Source: an uncultured Verrucomicrobiae bacterium
GTDB lineage: Bacteria > Verrucomicrobiota > Verrucomicrobiia > Chthoniobacterales > JAFAMB01
Assembly (NCBI GenBank): GCA_963762565.1
Contig: CAVXLD010000007.1
Coordinates: 384,001 to 448,000 of the forward strand
DNA: 64,000 nt
Direction of reading: 5' to 3'
The position numbers were made by a program, and so were the translations under genes. Positions 1 to 8,216 of this stretch are shown one piece after another. The first letter of the stretch is position 1, and the number at the start of each line of letters is the position of its first letter. The notes beneath the pieces were generated by a model. That model saw only the letters and a list, made by a program, of their open reading frames with translations, did not search any database and had not been told where the DNA came from.

Positions 1-363
1 CAGTACTCCAACACTCCCACACTCCATCGCTCCGCGTGGCCGCATTCGAGGACAGCCTGTCCGACGAAGCCTATGCCCTATGTTGCCGACCGCTCGAAGT
101 CGGCCTCGCAAGCGAGGCGCGCTCCACAACCAGGCGTTGGCGAAGTCGGAAGAACGACGACGAGGACGAGAACGAAGCGCCTTGTGATGCGTTGGGCATG
201 CGATGCTGCTCTGTTCATTAGGCGAACGAAGCGCCTAAAAAGGCGAAACTAGACGTCTAAACTGGACAACGAACCAAACCTTCGATTCAATGAATAACCA
301 CGATTCCGGCTTGGTTTGACTGGAAGCCTGGCCCCCCGGCAGATCTGGAAAGAGCGACCTCAG

Positions 364-855
364 ATGAGCAAAGGACGTAAGATTCGCTGCTACGACTATG
401 TCAACCATCCCTATGAAGAGGTCCGCAGCGCGTTGAGCGAAGACGCTCCAGCGGTATTTCAGGCGGCCACCAAAGCCGCAGCCTCCCGCGCTCAATCGAT
501 CGCCTCCGAACTACGGATCGATATCCGAGGGATCGGCATCGAGGCCGATATTCGGGTTTCGGTCAAGAACATTGAGGTGAAGGAGCGCCAAGGCATGTCG
601 GGACCGAAGACCCGGTTGCAGCTTGAATGGGAGGCCGCGAGGATGGCCCACCTTTTTCCACTGATGAAAGCGGACCTGTTCATCTATCCAATAACCGCGA
701 CTGAAACCCAGTTGGATTTCAATGGTTTCTATGAGGCACCTCTCGGTCCTCTGGGAAAGGCCATGAACGCAATGGTCGGGCACCGCATTGCGGAGTTGTG
801 CGTTCACCGCTTCGTTAGCGACGTCGCGGAGTATCTTCGGAAAACGCTTAGCTAG
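364..855 (+). CDS. hypothetical protein (possibly SRPBCC/polyketide-cyclase-like fold)
   Basis: ORF 316-855; ATG at 364 (MSKGRKIR) is the likely start; no clear motif. Confidence 0.6.
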   Translation: MSKGRKIRCYDYVNHPYEEVRSALSEDAPAVFQAATKAAASRAQSIASELRIDIRGIGIEADIRVSVKNIEVKERQGMSGPKTRLQLEWEAARMAHLFPLMKADLFIYPITATETQLDFNGFYEAPLGPLGKAMNAMVGHRIAELCVHRFVSDVAEYLRKTLS

Positions 856-1699
856 GCGCGCGGCGCAAGAACTCTGCGACAATCGCAATCTGAGTCGAGT
901 CCATGAGCGCCGGCGCGTGGCCGATCCTCGGAAACTCGACCAGTTCTGCACGCGGCCCGCGTTGGGTCATTTCCTGCGCGATTGGCGCAGGTAGAACGTC
1001 GGAATTGACCCCATGGAGCAACAGGACGGGGCAGCGAACGCGGTCGTATACCGACCATAAATCCACGTCCTGGTTAATCGCGAGGAAAGGCTGGGCGATG
1101 GCAGGATCAAAGGCGAGACTGAATTTGTTGTTGCCTATGGGTCGCGCGCTGTAACGCGCGAGATGGCGCCAATTCTTGTCGGTCAGATCACCGAACGGGC
1201 TGTAGATCTCGCGCAGGTGTTTTTCGACGCCTTCGAGATCATCGAAAACCGGATTGTGTCCGAGATATGCGCCGATGCGCCGGAGCGCGGCGAGTGGAAT
1301 GAACGGCCCGGCGTCATTGATGACCAGCCGTCCAATCGGCGTGTTCGTTTCCGCTGCCAGCAGCATGCCGATGAGGCCACCCATCGAGGTGCCAATCCAA
1401 TCGACCGATTCGGCGCCGGTGCGCGCAATGAGGGCGGTCATGTCCATAAGATATTGCGAGTAAATATAATCCCCGGGATTGGTGAGCCAGTTGCTCTTGC
1501 CGCGGCCGACAACGTCGGGGCAGAACACGTGTCTCCCATCAGCCTCGAGCGCCCGGGCGAGATAATCGAAATCGCGCCCGTTGCGAACAAGGCCATGCAC
1601 ACAGATCACCGGGGGCTGCGATGATGCCTCGCCCCATTCGGTATAGGCAATGCGATGAAAACCGCGGGGCCCATATCCGTAGAAGTATTTTTCGCGCAT
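848..1699 (-). CDS. alpha/beta fold hydrolase
   Basis: CVHGL oxyanion motif, GTSMGG nucleophile elbow, GHAP catalytic His; start moved to MREKYF because the upstream part is tandem repeat. Confidence 0.9.
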   Translation of the reverse strand: MREKYFYGYGPRGFHRIAYTEWGEASSQPPVICVHGLVRNGRDFDYLARALEADGRHVFCPDVVGRGKSNWLTNPGDYIYSQYLMDMTALIARTGAESVDWIGTSMGGLIGMLLAAETNTPIGRLVINDAGPFIPLAALRRIGAYLGHNPVFDDLEGVEKHLREIYSPFGDLTDKNWRHLARYSARPIGNNKFSLAFDPAIAQPFLAINQDVDLWSVYDRVRCPVLLLHGVNSDVLPAPIAQEMTQRGPRAELVEFPRIGHAPALMDSTQIAIVAEFLRRAPS

Positions 1700-1710
1700 G
1701 CTGAGTATCC

Positions 1711-1880
1711 GTTTGGCGTTTGGCGTTTGGCGTTCGGCGTTTCGCGAGATTGGGATGGCGCTTGGGGCTAAGGATTGCACCTAAAAACCAACCCAGCACG
1801 TACCCTAGCCAATAATGATGAGCCCAGGATAGTGATGCTCGCTAGCAAGCGCCGAACGCCAAGCGCCGAACGCCAAACGC
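1711..1880. repeat. inverted 7-mer tandem arrays (GTTTGGC)n / (GCCAAAC-like)n
   Basis: gtttggcgtttggcgtttggcgttcggcg at ~1711-1740 and cgccgaacgccaagcgccgaacgccaaacg at ~1850-1880. Confidence 0.8.
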
Positions 1881-1882
1881 TA

Positions 1883-2280
1883 TCAACCCTTCGAACCCTT
1901 GATCTCTTGCAAAGTCCGTTCCGCTTCGGTTGCGCTCTCGTAGATATGCGGAGCAACGCCGCGTTTCTCCAGTGCGTCGCCTAGCTTCATGCGGAGGAAC
2001 CCGCTGTGGCGTGTAGCGCGTCACTCTCGCGCAATATTTATCCACCAGGCCACGCACCATGGCGGAGTAGCTGTCGAGCAATTCAGATTCTATCGTGAAA
2101 TTGTCATAGTTCACAATCGCGTAGACACGCTTGCCAAGCGGCGCGAGACGATCGACAGCGATCTGCCAGACGCGCTCGATATCGTCCTGATTGCGGATGG
2201 CAAAACGCTCAAAATTGATAAAGAAATGATTAGTCCCTTCGTCGTAGCTGAACCGCTGTTCGAGCGGGATCGATAGCCGG
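1883..2280 (-). pseudogene. 5'-truncated, frameshifted C-terminal domain of a propionate/acyl-CoA transferase
   Basis: Reads LSIPLEQRFSYDEGTNHFFINFE...KRVYAIVNYDNFTI...RVTRY, then after a frameshift near 2010 SGFLRMKLGDALEKRGVAPHIYESA; resembles the Pct C-terminal extension; no start codon. Confidence 0.6.
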
Positions 2281-2294
2281 TGCTTTTTCCCAGC

Positions 2295-2987
2295 TCAGCT
2301 CAGGTGATTACGCCCGGGATTTTCCAAAGGACTAACCCCGGTGATCACACCAAGGATTTCCCAAAGCACGCGTGCAGGCGTTTGGGTGGCGTCTATCTGG
2401 TGAATCAACGCCGGATCGTAATAGTCCAGGATGGGCTTGGTTTCGATGTCGTAAGTCTCTAGCCGTTTGTGGATGACGGCCTCGTTGGCATCATCCAGGC
2501 GATTGTCTTTAAGCGCGCGCTTCTTAAGCCGCTTGACCAGTTCTGAGCGATCGGGACAGGCCAAGTGGAAGATTTTTAGCACGTCAATCCGCGATGTCAT
2601 AAGCTTCGCCTGCTTCAGATTCCTGGGAATGCCGTCTAGCACTAAAGTATCCAGTTCGGGTTTGAACCGGTGAGTTTCCACTGCGCCTACAATCGACTCT
2701 CGCCACAATTCGAGGGAAAGCTCGTCCGGCACGAGTTCGCCCCGTCCGGAGTAATAGATGAATGCCTGACCAAGTTGAGTGCGCGTATCGATGGAGCGGA
2801 ATACTTCGCCGCATGCGCAGTGGAAAAAGCGTGGAACCGAGCCAAGCGCCTTACCCTGCGTGCCTTTGCCGCTCCCGGGCGGGCCGAAGAGAAGATAAGT
2901 GCGGTAGAGGCCGGAACAACCGTTCTGTAAGGTCTGGGGTGCAGAGTTAGCGCCTCCCAGCGGAGGCGCGAGGACCGTATAATTCAT
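2295..2987 (-). CDS. adk: adenylate kinase-like nucleoside monophosphate kinase
   Basis: LFGPPGSGKGTQ P-loop, GELVPDE, LDGIPR, RLDD; start uncertain (ORF open to 3056). Confidence 0.85.
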   Translation of the reverse strand: MNYTVLAPPLGGANSAPQTLQNGCSGLYRTYLLFGPPGSGKGTQGKALGSVPRFFHCACGEVFRSIDTRTQLGQAFIYYSGRGELVPDELSLELWRESIVGAVETHRFKPELDTLVLDGIPRNLKQAKLMTSRIDVLKIFHLACPDRSELVKRLKKRALKDNRLDDANEAVIHKRLETYDIETKPILDYYDPALIHQIDATQTPARVLWEILGVITGVSPLENPGRNHLS

Positions 2988-3061
2988 GTAGTTTGCATTG
3001 GCTGCGTTTTGGAATTTCAAGACATAATGATCAAACGACCACGGCATGGCGCACAAAGGGT

Positions 3062-4201
3062 TTACCGCTGCTCGATCGGAATGACGGGACGGGCGTCCGG
3101 TCCAATGTAGTCAGCACTTGGACGGATCAATTTATTATTGGCGCGCTGTTCCTTGACGTGGGCGGACCAGCCGGTTACCCGCGATAACACGAAGATCGGA
3201 GTAAACAACGGCGTTGGAATACCCATGAAGTGGTAGGCAGAAGCCGAATAGAAGTCTGCGTTTGCAAAGAGCCCTTTTTTCTCTTTCATGATTCGTTCGA
3301 TCTCCTCGGAAACCGCGAACAGATAGCCGTCAGCTTCCTTTGCCGAAGGCGCGAGTTTGCGGGCGCATTCCTTGATGATGGCATTGCGCGGGTCAGAATA
3401 GCGGTAGACGGCGTGCCCAAACCCCATGATCTTTTCTTTCCGCTCCAAGGTGTCAAAGATGGCGTCGCGTGCTTCTCGCGAAGTCTTGAATTTTGAGATC
3501 ATCGCCATCGCGGCTTCATTCGCCCCTCCGTGTAGCGGTCCGCGTAAAGTACCGATCGCCCCGGTGATGCAGGAGTAGAAATCCGAAAGCGTCGCGGCGC
3601 AGACTCGCGCCGTAAATGTGGAAGCGTTGAACTCGTGCTCGGCATAGAGAATCAGCGAGGTGTCCATGCAACGCTGATGATCAGCGGGAGGCTTCACCTC
3701 GTTGAGTAAGGTCAGCAAGTCGCCCGCCAATGTATCCTCATCGGTCTCGGTCTCGATTCGTTTGCCGCCATGGTGAGCAAAGTGATACCAGTAGCAAAGC
3801 ATGGAGGGCAGACTGGCCAGTAACCGCTCAGCGATGGCATCTTGCTGCATGAAAGCGAACTCCGGTTCCAGTACGCCTAGCATCGATGTGCCGGTCCGGA
3901 GCACGTCCATCGGCTGGGTTTCCCTGGGAATGCGCTCCAGCACTTCTTTGAGCGCCGGCGGCAGAAGTCGCAACCTTTTCAGCCGTTGCTTGAAATCGTG
4001 CAGCTCTTGCCGGTCTGGCAGGTTACCATTCAACAGGAGGTGCGCGACCTCTTCGAAAGTGGTGTTTTCCGCGAGGTCCTCAATATTATAACCGCGGTAA
4101 GTCAGGCCCACACCTTCCTTACCGACGGTGCAAATAGCGGTCGAACCTGCGGATTGTCCGCGCAGCCCGCCCGGGGAACTGATTGGCTTAGCGTCGCTCA
4201 T
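3062..4201 (-). CDS. prpC: 2-methylcitrate synthase
   Basis: GLRGQSAG N-terminus, YAEHEFNASTF, GPLHGGANE, MGFGHAVY, NKLIRPSADY. Confidence 0.9.
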   Translation of the reverse strand: MSDAKPISSPGGLRGQSAGSTAICTVGKEGVGLTYRGYNIEDLAENTTFEEVAHLLLNGNLPDRQELHDFKQRLKRLRLLPPALKEVLERIPRETQPMDVLRTGTSMLGVLEPEFAFMQQDAIAERLLASLPSMLCYWYHFAHHGGKRIETETDEDTLAGDLLTLLNEVKPPADHQRCMDTSLILYAEHEFNASTFTARVCAATLSDFYSCITGAIGTLRGPLHGGANEAAMAMISKFKTSREARDAIFDTLERKEKIMGFGHAVYRYSDPRNAIIKECARKLAPSAKEADGYLFAVSEEIERIMKEKKGLFANADFYSASAYHFMGIPTPLFTPIFVLSRVTGWSAHVKEQRANNKLIRPSADYIGPDARPVIPIEQR

Positions 4202-4433
4202 TTAATTACAACTGTTTTGTTTTAAGTATAAAATAACCGTACCTATTCAATTCGCGTGAGGATCTCTGCTCACCGCCTCTCGCGCATTCAATCCTGCAGA
4301 CTCAGATCAACCTCCGTCGTGGAGGTCGCAGTAGGGCTCGAATTATTCACCGGGGGATTGGGCCGTTGCCGTAAATAAGATCAATGAAGCTTCGGCAGGC
4401 GGACATCGGAATTACTTTGTTTAAGTCGGAGCG

Positions 4434-4448
4434 ATAGGTTATAGCTAT
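4434..4448. promoter_or_regulatory. LysR-type T-N11-A box (ATAG-N7-CTAT)
   Basis: Palindrome 15 bp upstream of the LysR start, divergent from prpC. Confidence 0.6.
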
Positions 4449-4463
4449 TGCCGTTCTCCCCCT

Positions 4464-5402
4464 ATGGAACTTCGCCACGCGCGGTATTTCGTCGCAGTTG
4501 CCGAAGAACTCAATTTCCGGCGTGCCGCCGCGCGTCTTCGTCTGGCCCAGCCATCGCTCAGCACGCAGATTCGCTTGTTAGAAGAAGACGTCGGAGTTCA
4601 ACTGCTTGAGCGAGACAGTCATAAAGTCGAATTGACTCCTGCGGGCCAGAGCTTTCTCGAAGGGTGCCGAAGGCTGCTTCAGGATGCCGACAGCTACGCG
4701 GTCACGGCGCGCCAGATTGCTCGCGGGGAGAGCATACCTCTGTCAATCGGCTTTGTTCCTTCGCTCGCTCACGGGCTGCTGCCGAGCGTTCTGCGGCGTT
4801 TTCGGCAACGATTTCCAGACGTAAAACTTCTTCTGAATGAAATGGATTCAACGGCTCAAATCGAGCAGATCGCCGGGAATCGCATTGACCTGGGCTTAAT
4901 CGGGCTTGGGTTACCGAAAGCGATGCCGGAACTGGAAATTGTCGTGGTAGCCGAAGAGCGCTTGGTGGCGGCCATCCCCCAGGATCATCCCCTGGCGCGG
5001 AGACCGCGGAAGGTAATCCCATTAAAGACCTTGGCGGCTGAACATTTTCTGCTCGGTTCGAGATTGAACGCACCGGTATTCAATCCCTGGATTATCGTCT
5101 TATGCCAGCAGGCTGGATTTCAGCCCCACGTACTTCAAGAGTCGGGCCAACCAATGACGGTGCTGAACTACGTCGCGGCGGGTCTAGGGATAACTATTTT
5201 GCCGGAACAATTCAGTCGTTTAGTGACGGCCGGCATCCGTTTTATACCATTAGCTCGGCCGACACCCGGGTATCGCTATTGCGCGGCTCGTATGCGGCAC
5301 AATCGCAATCCAGTTGTGGCAAATTTTATCCGGATCGCCGGCGAGGTTGGTAAGGGCGTTCGAGGCAGCGGCGAAGCCGTTTGTCCCGTAGGGACTAAAT
5401 GA
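4464..5402 (+). CDS. LysR family transcriptional regulator
   Basis: MELRHARYFVAVAEELNFRRAA...QPSLSTQIRLLE HTH; stop codon lies inside the adjacent REP arm. Confidence 0.95.
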   Translation: MELRHARYFVAVAEELNFRRAAARLRLAQPSLSTQIRLLEEDVGVQLLERDSHKVELTPAGQSFLEGCRRLLQDADSYAVTARQIARGESIPLSIGFVPSLAHGLLPSVLRRFRQRFPDVKLLLNEMDSTAQIEQIAGNRIDLGLIGLGLPKAMPELEIVVVAEERLVAAIPQDHPLARRPRKVIPLKTLAAEHFLLGSRLNAPVFNPWIIVLCQQAGFQPHVLQESGQPMTVLNYVAAGLGITILPEQFSRLVTAGIRFIPLARPTPGYRYCAARMRHNRNPVVANFIRIAGEVGKGVRGSGEAVCPVGTK

Positions 5403-6411
5403 GGATAGCCAGGCAATTTATTGCCGGGATGCGTGTAAAAAGTCGTCCCGTCCCAGCGGGACGGTATGATTCAGTCGGTTAACGGCGTCCTGAGATCCAA
5501 GGCATAGTCAGGGTAAAGACCACACCGTCCCTCCGGGACGGGACGTTTTTTTCTAACCTATTCCAGGCAATGAATTGCCAGGCTAGTGCGCCGTGGAACG
5601 CGCATCACAGCAGGTGAGAGTCCTGCATTGTTAAACCGTGAAAGAACAAGAAGTACAAACTAAGGGCGTCGTCGAGAGGCGGGGTCTGAAGCAACCGAGT
5701 ACGAGACACCTAGTCCGCAACGCAAGTGAACACGATTCGGCAAGGCAAGCTGGTGAGCCTGCTAGCCAAGAGCGAAACCAAGTCCGCCAAGAGCGGAACC
5801 AGTGGCATTCACAGAGCACGGGAAAGGATGGCCATTGGAGCTTGTCGGGTGGTTGGTGGTGGAATGGGAGTCGAAGTGATGAGCGGTTAACACGGGAGAA
5901 CCACGTAGAGAACGAGACTGGCGTTCATTCCGCTGAGAGGGCAAAGAGGGCGGACAAAGAACCAGGCTACGTGGAAGTCAGAGCGTCCATAGTAGCGAAG
6001 AAGCGGGGTAACGCCCGTGGAGCCAAGGGACGTAGGAAGATAGAACGAATCAGGTCAGCCGGAAGGAAGAAACCCCCGTTAGTGATCAACCTCTTGAGAG
6101 CTCGATCTATACAAGGGTGGAGAACTCTGTCCCGCGAAGGGAGCACAGAGGAATACCTTCCAGCCAACACTGATCCATTGCTGGCAGGCTGCCGCAAACG
6201 GCAGTCAGACACCAGGGAAAAGCAAGCCCGATGTCGCCGAACCTCGAACTTTCTCGTTGAGGTTCCCAGGTTCAATTCGGCATGTCAGTCTCACTGTAGA
6301 CCCTATCGACTGGAGAGCCGGATGCGGGAAAACCGCCTGTCCGGTTCGGAGGGAGGGGCGGCTCCAATACAGTCGTCCCTACCCCTATCCTTCATTCAGT
6401 CCCTTCGGGAC
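5383..6411. mobile_element. non-autonomous REPIN-like element (GTCCC-NNN-GGGAC family), right arm interrupted by a group II intron
   Basis: Left arm gtcccgtagggactaaatgaggatagccaggcaatttattgccggga; right arm ttccaggcaatgaattgccaggcta|ccttcattcagtcccttcgggac, split at 5585/6389. Confidence 0.85.
5586..6388 (+). ncRNA. ORF-less group II intron (IIB-like, 803 nt)
   Basis: 5' GTGCG at 5586; GGTGAGAGTCC in DI; GGAAGTCAGAGCGTCCATAGTAGCGAAGAAGCGGGGTAACGCCCGTGGAGCCAAGG (DII/DIII-like); DV GAGCCGGATGCGGGAAAACCGCCTGTCCGGTTC with AGC triad; DVI ending CCCTACCCCTAT. Confidence 0.9.
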
Positions 6412-6456
6412 GGATCCTGCGGTTCAAGGGACACCACCGTTTTTTCAACAGCCCGC

Positions 6457-7365
6457 TTATGCGGCTGGACGCCAGCCAGCATCAGCCCAAAGTTCGCCGC
6501 TGACGGCGGCGTTGGTTAACATAAAACAGATGGCATCGGCAATTTCCTCCGGCTTGATCAACCGTTTCAGTTGCGTTTGCGGAATCACTTTGGTGCGAAT
6601 GTAATCTTCGCCAAGGGCCCGCACCATGGGGGTGTCGGTAAACCCGGGATGGATCACGCTGCAGCGGACCCCGTAATACATGGCCTCCGCCATGAGTGTA
6701 GAAGCAGCGCCTTCCAAACCTGCTTTAGTTGAGGAGTAAGAGATCTGCCCCGCATTGCCAACTGAGGCAATCGAACCAAGGAAAACGACGGCTCCTTGCA
6801 ATCCTTCCTCAGGCTGCCAGCGTTTGAGCCCGCGAGACACCCGATCCTTTGCCACTGCGGCTACAAGCTCGATCGCCCAATAAATCGGAGCGATCATATT
6901 GATTTCCACCACCTTGCGAAAATCATCCATCGGGTACATCACCACTTGGCCGCTCTGTTTATCGACTCTTACTGCCAGGGCGTCTTTGGTGATAGCCGCC
7001 GCCGGCACACAGATGCGCGGCAGGCCTGCCTTCGCCATGATATCGGCGTAAACTTCCTGCCGGAAAGCCGTATCGGTCGTGTCCCCACGATAGGCGATGG
7101 CGACCGCACGGCCAAACTCCGTATTGAGGTCGCGGGCCACTTGCGCAACCCGGTCACTGAAATCCACCATGGCGATACCAGCTGCCCCGCGCCTTGCCAT
7201 GTCGAGAGCCAAAGCTTGACCAATGCCGCCGGCGGCTCCCGTGATAACGGCAACTTGTCCTTTGATCGTTTGCATATGTAGAACGCTATCTGACGTCTCC
7301 AGGGTGCCAGCTTTCTGGCTAGCGAGGCCCGGCTCCTCGATAGTTCCAGGAATAATCGAGTTCAT
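6457..7365 (-). CDS. SDR family oxidoreductase (3-oxoacyl/acetoacetyl-CoA reductase-like)
   Basis: TGAAGGIG, YSSTK, PGFTDTPM; alternative start at 7275; paralog of 17254-18075. Confidence 0.9.
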   Translation of the reverse strand: MNSIIPGTIEEPGLASQKAGTLETSDSVLHMQTIKGQVAVITGAAGGIGQALALDMARRGAAGIAMVDFSDRVAQVARDLNTEFGRAVAIAYRGDTTDTAFRQEVYADIMAKAGLPRICVPAAAITKDALAVRVDKQSGQVVMYPMDDFRKVVEINMIAPIYWAIELVAAVAKDRVSRGLKRWQPEEGLQGAVVFLGSIASVGNAGQISYSSTKAGLEGAASTLMAEAMYYGVRCSVIHPGFTDTPMVRALGEDYIRTKVIPQTQLKRLIKPEEIADAICFMLTNAAVSGELWADAGWRPAA

Positions 7366-7524
7366 AACTTTAAATTACAATCCTCTGATTGGTTGTCTCG
7401 ATTTTTTTGCATTAGCGTCAGTCTTTTTTTGCGATTGCAGTATGATTTTGACAAAGGAGGGCGACCGGCCGAAGCTTGGTGGTCCCTGACATCGACGGGG
7501 AGCCGTTCTTTGGAAAGCGACAAC

Positions 7525-8154
7525 ATGGCGAATAGCACGGACAACGACGAACCTCGAACCCTGGAAATCCGGAAATACCAAAACCGGCGCTACTACGATA
7601 GCACTCGCAGTCAACACCTCAGCCTGCAGCAAATTCACAAGTTAATCATCGAGGGATACAATATCCGGGTGTTGGACGCCAAGACCAACGAGGATATCAC
7701 AGCAAAGGTTCTCACACAGATTCTCCTCGAATACGAGCCGGTTAAATTGACGATGTTCTCTAACGAATTGCTGACTCGAGCGATTCGTGTAAACGACCGA
7801 TTGCTTAAAGATTTCGTTGACGTTTACTTTCGCCAGGCGTTCGAGGCATTCTGTGGATCACAACGGCATGTCGATCAGATGCTGCGACAGGCTCATCATT
7901 TAACCTCCTTCCTGCCCGCAGCGGCATCAGCAGCCAATCTCTTCCGGCCATGGGTGCCCCTGACCACGCCGTTCTCGCCGCAGCCGGCGCCGGGCAGCGA
8001 ATCAGGCGCGGATACCGGCGCCGCCGCGGTGCAAAACGAGATTGCTGCGCTGCGCGAAGAGGTTTCGAAATTAAAGGCCCAATTAAAGCCGGCTGGACGG
8101 CCGCGGGGCAAAAAAAAGAACAGAGACAATCGAGGGATAGCAAATAGCAAATAG
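7525..8154 (+). CDS. phaR: polyhydroxyalkanoate synthesis repressor PhaR
   Basis: IRKYQNRRYYD...IRVLDAKTNEDITAKVLTQI DNA-binding domain. Confidence 0.85.
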   Translation: MANSTDNDEPRTLEIRKYQNRRYYDSTRSQHLSLQQIHKLIIEGYNIRVLDAKTNEDITAKVLTQILLEYEPVKLTMFSNELLTRAIRVNDRLLKDFVDVYFRQAFEAFCGSQRHVDQMLRQAHHLTSFLPAAASAANLFRPWVPLTTPFSPQPAPGSESGADTGAAAVQNEIAALREEVSKLKAQLKPAGRPRGKKKNRDNRGIANSK

Positions 8155-8216
8155 CGGGTAGCAAATACTAGTGTCCCTCTCGAAGGTGTTTCCGAAGGAC
8201 CTGCTATTTGCTATTT
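8137..8216. repeat. inverted 7-mer arrays (TAGCAAA)n / (TTTGCTA)n
   Basis: atagcaaatagcaaatagc ... tgctatttgctattt. Confidence 0.7.

Noticed and set aside
5586..6388. Classifying the intron as class IIC because it follows a hairpin
   Set aside because: DV has an AGC triad and full length, unlike the short CGC-type DV of IIC. The exact class needs a covariance search.
5638..6519. 293-aa ORF spanning the intron as an intron-encoded protein
   Set aside because: No RT (YADD), maturase or nuclease motifs. It runs through structural domains, and LESRMRENRLSGSEGG is simply DV translated.
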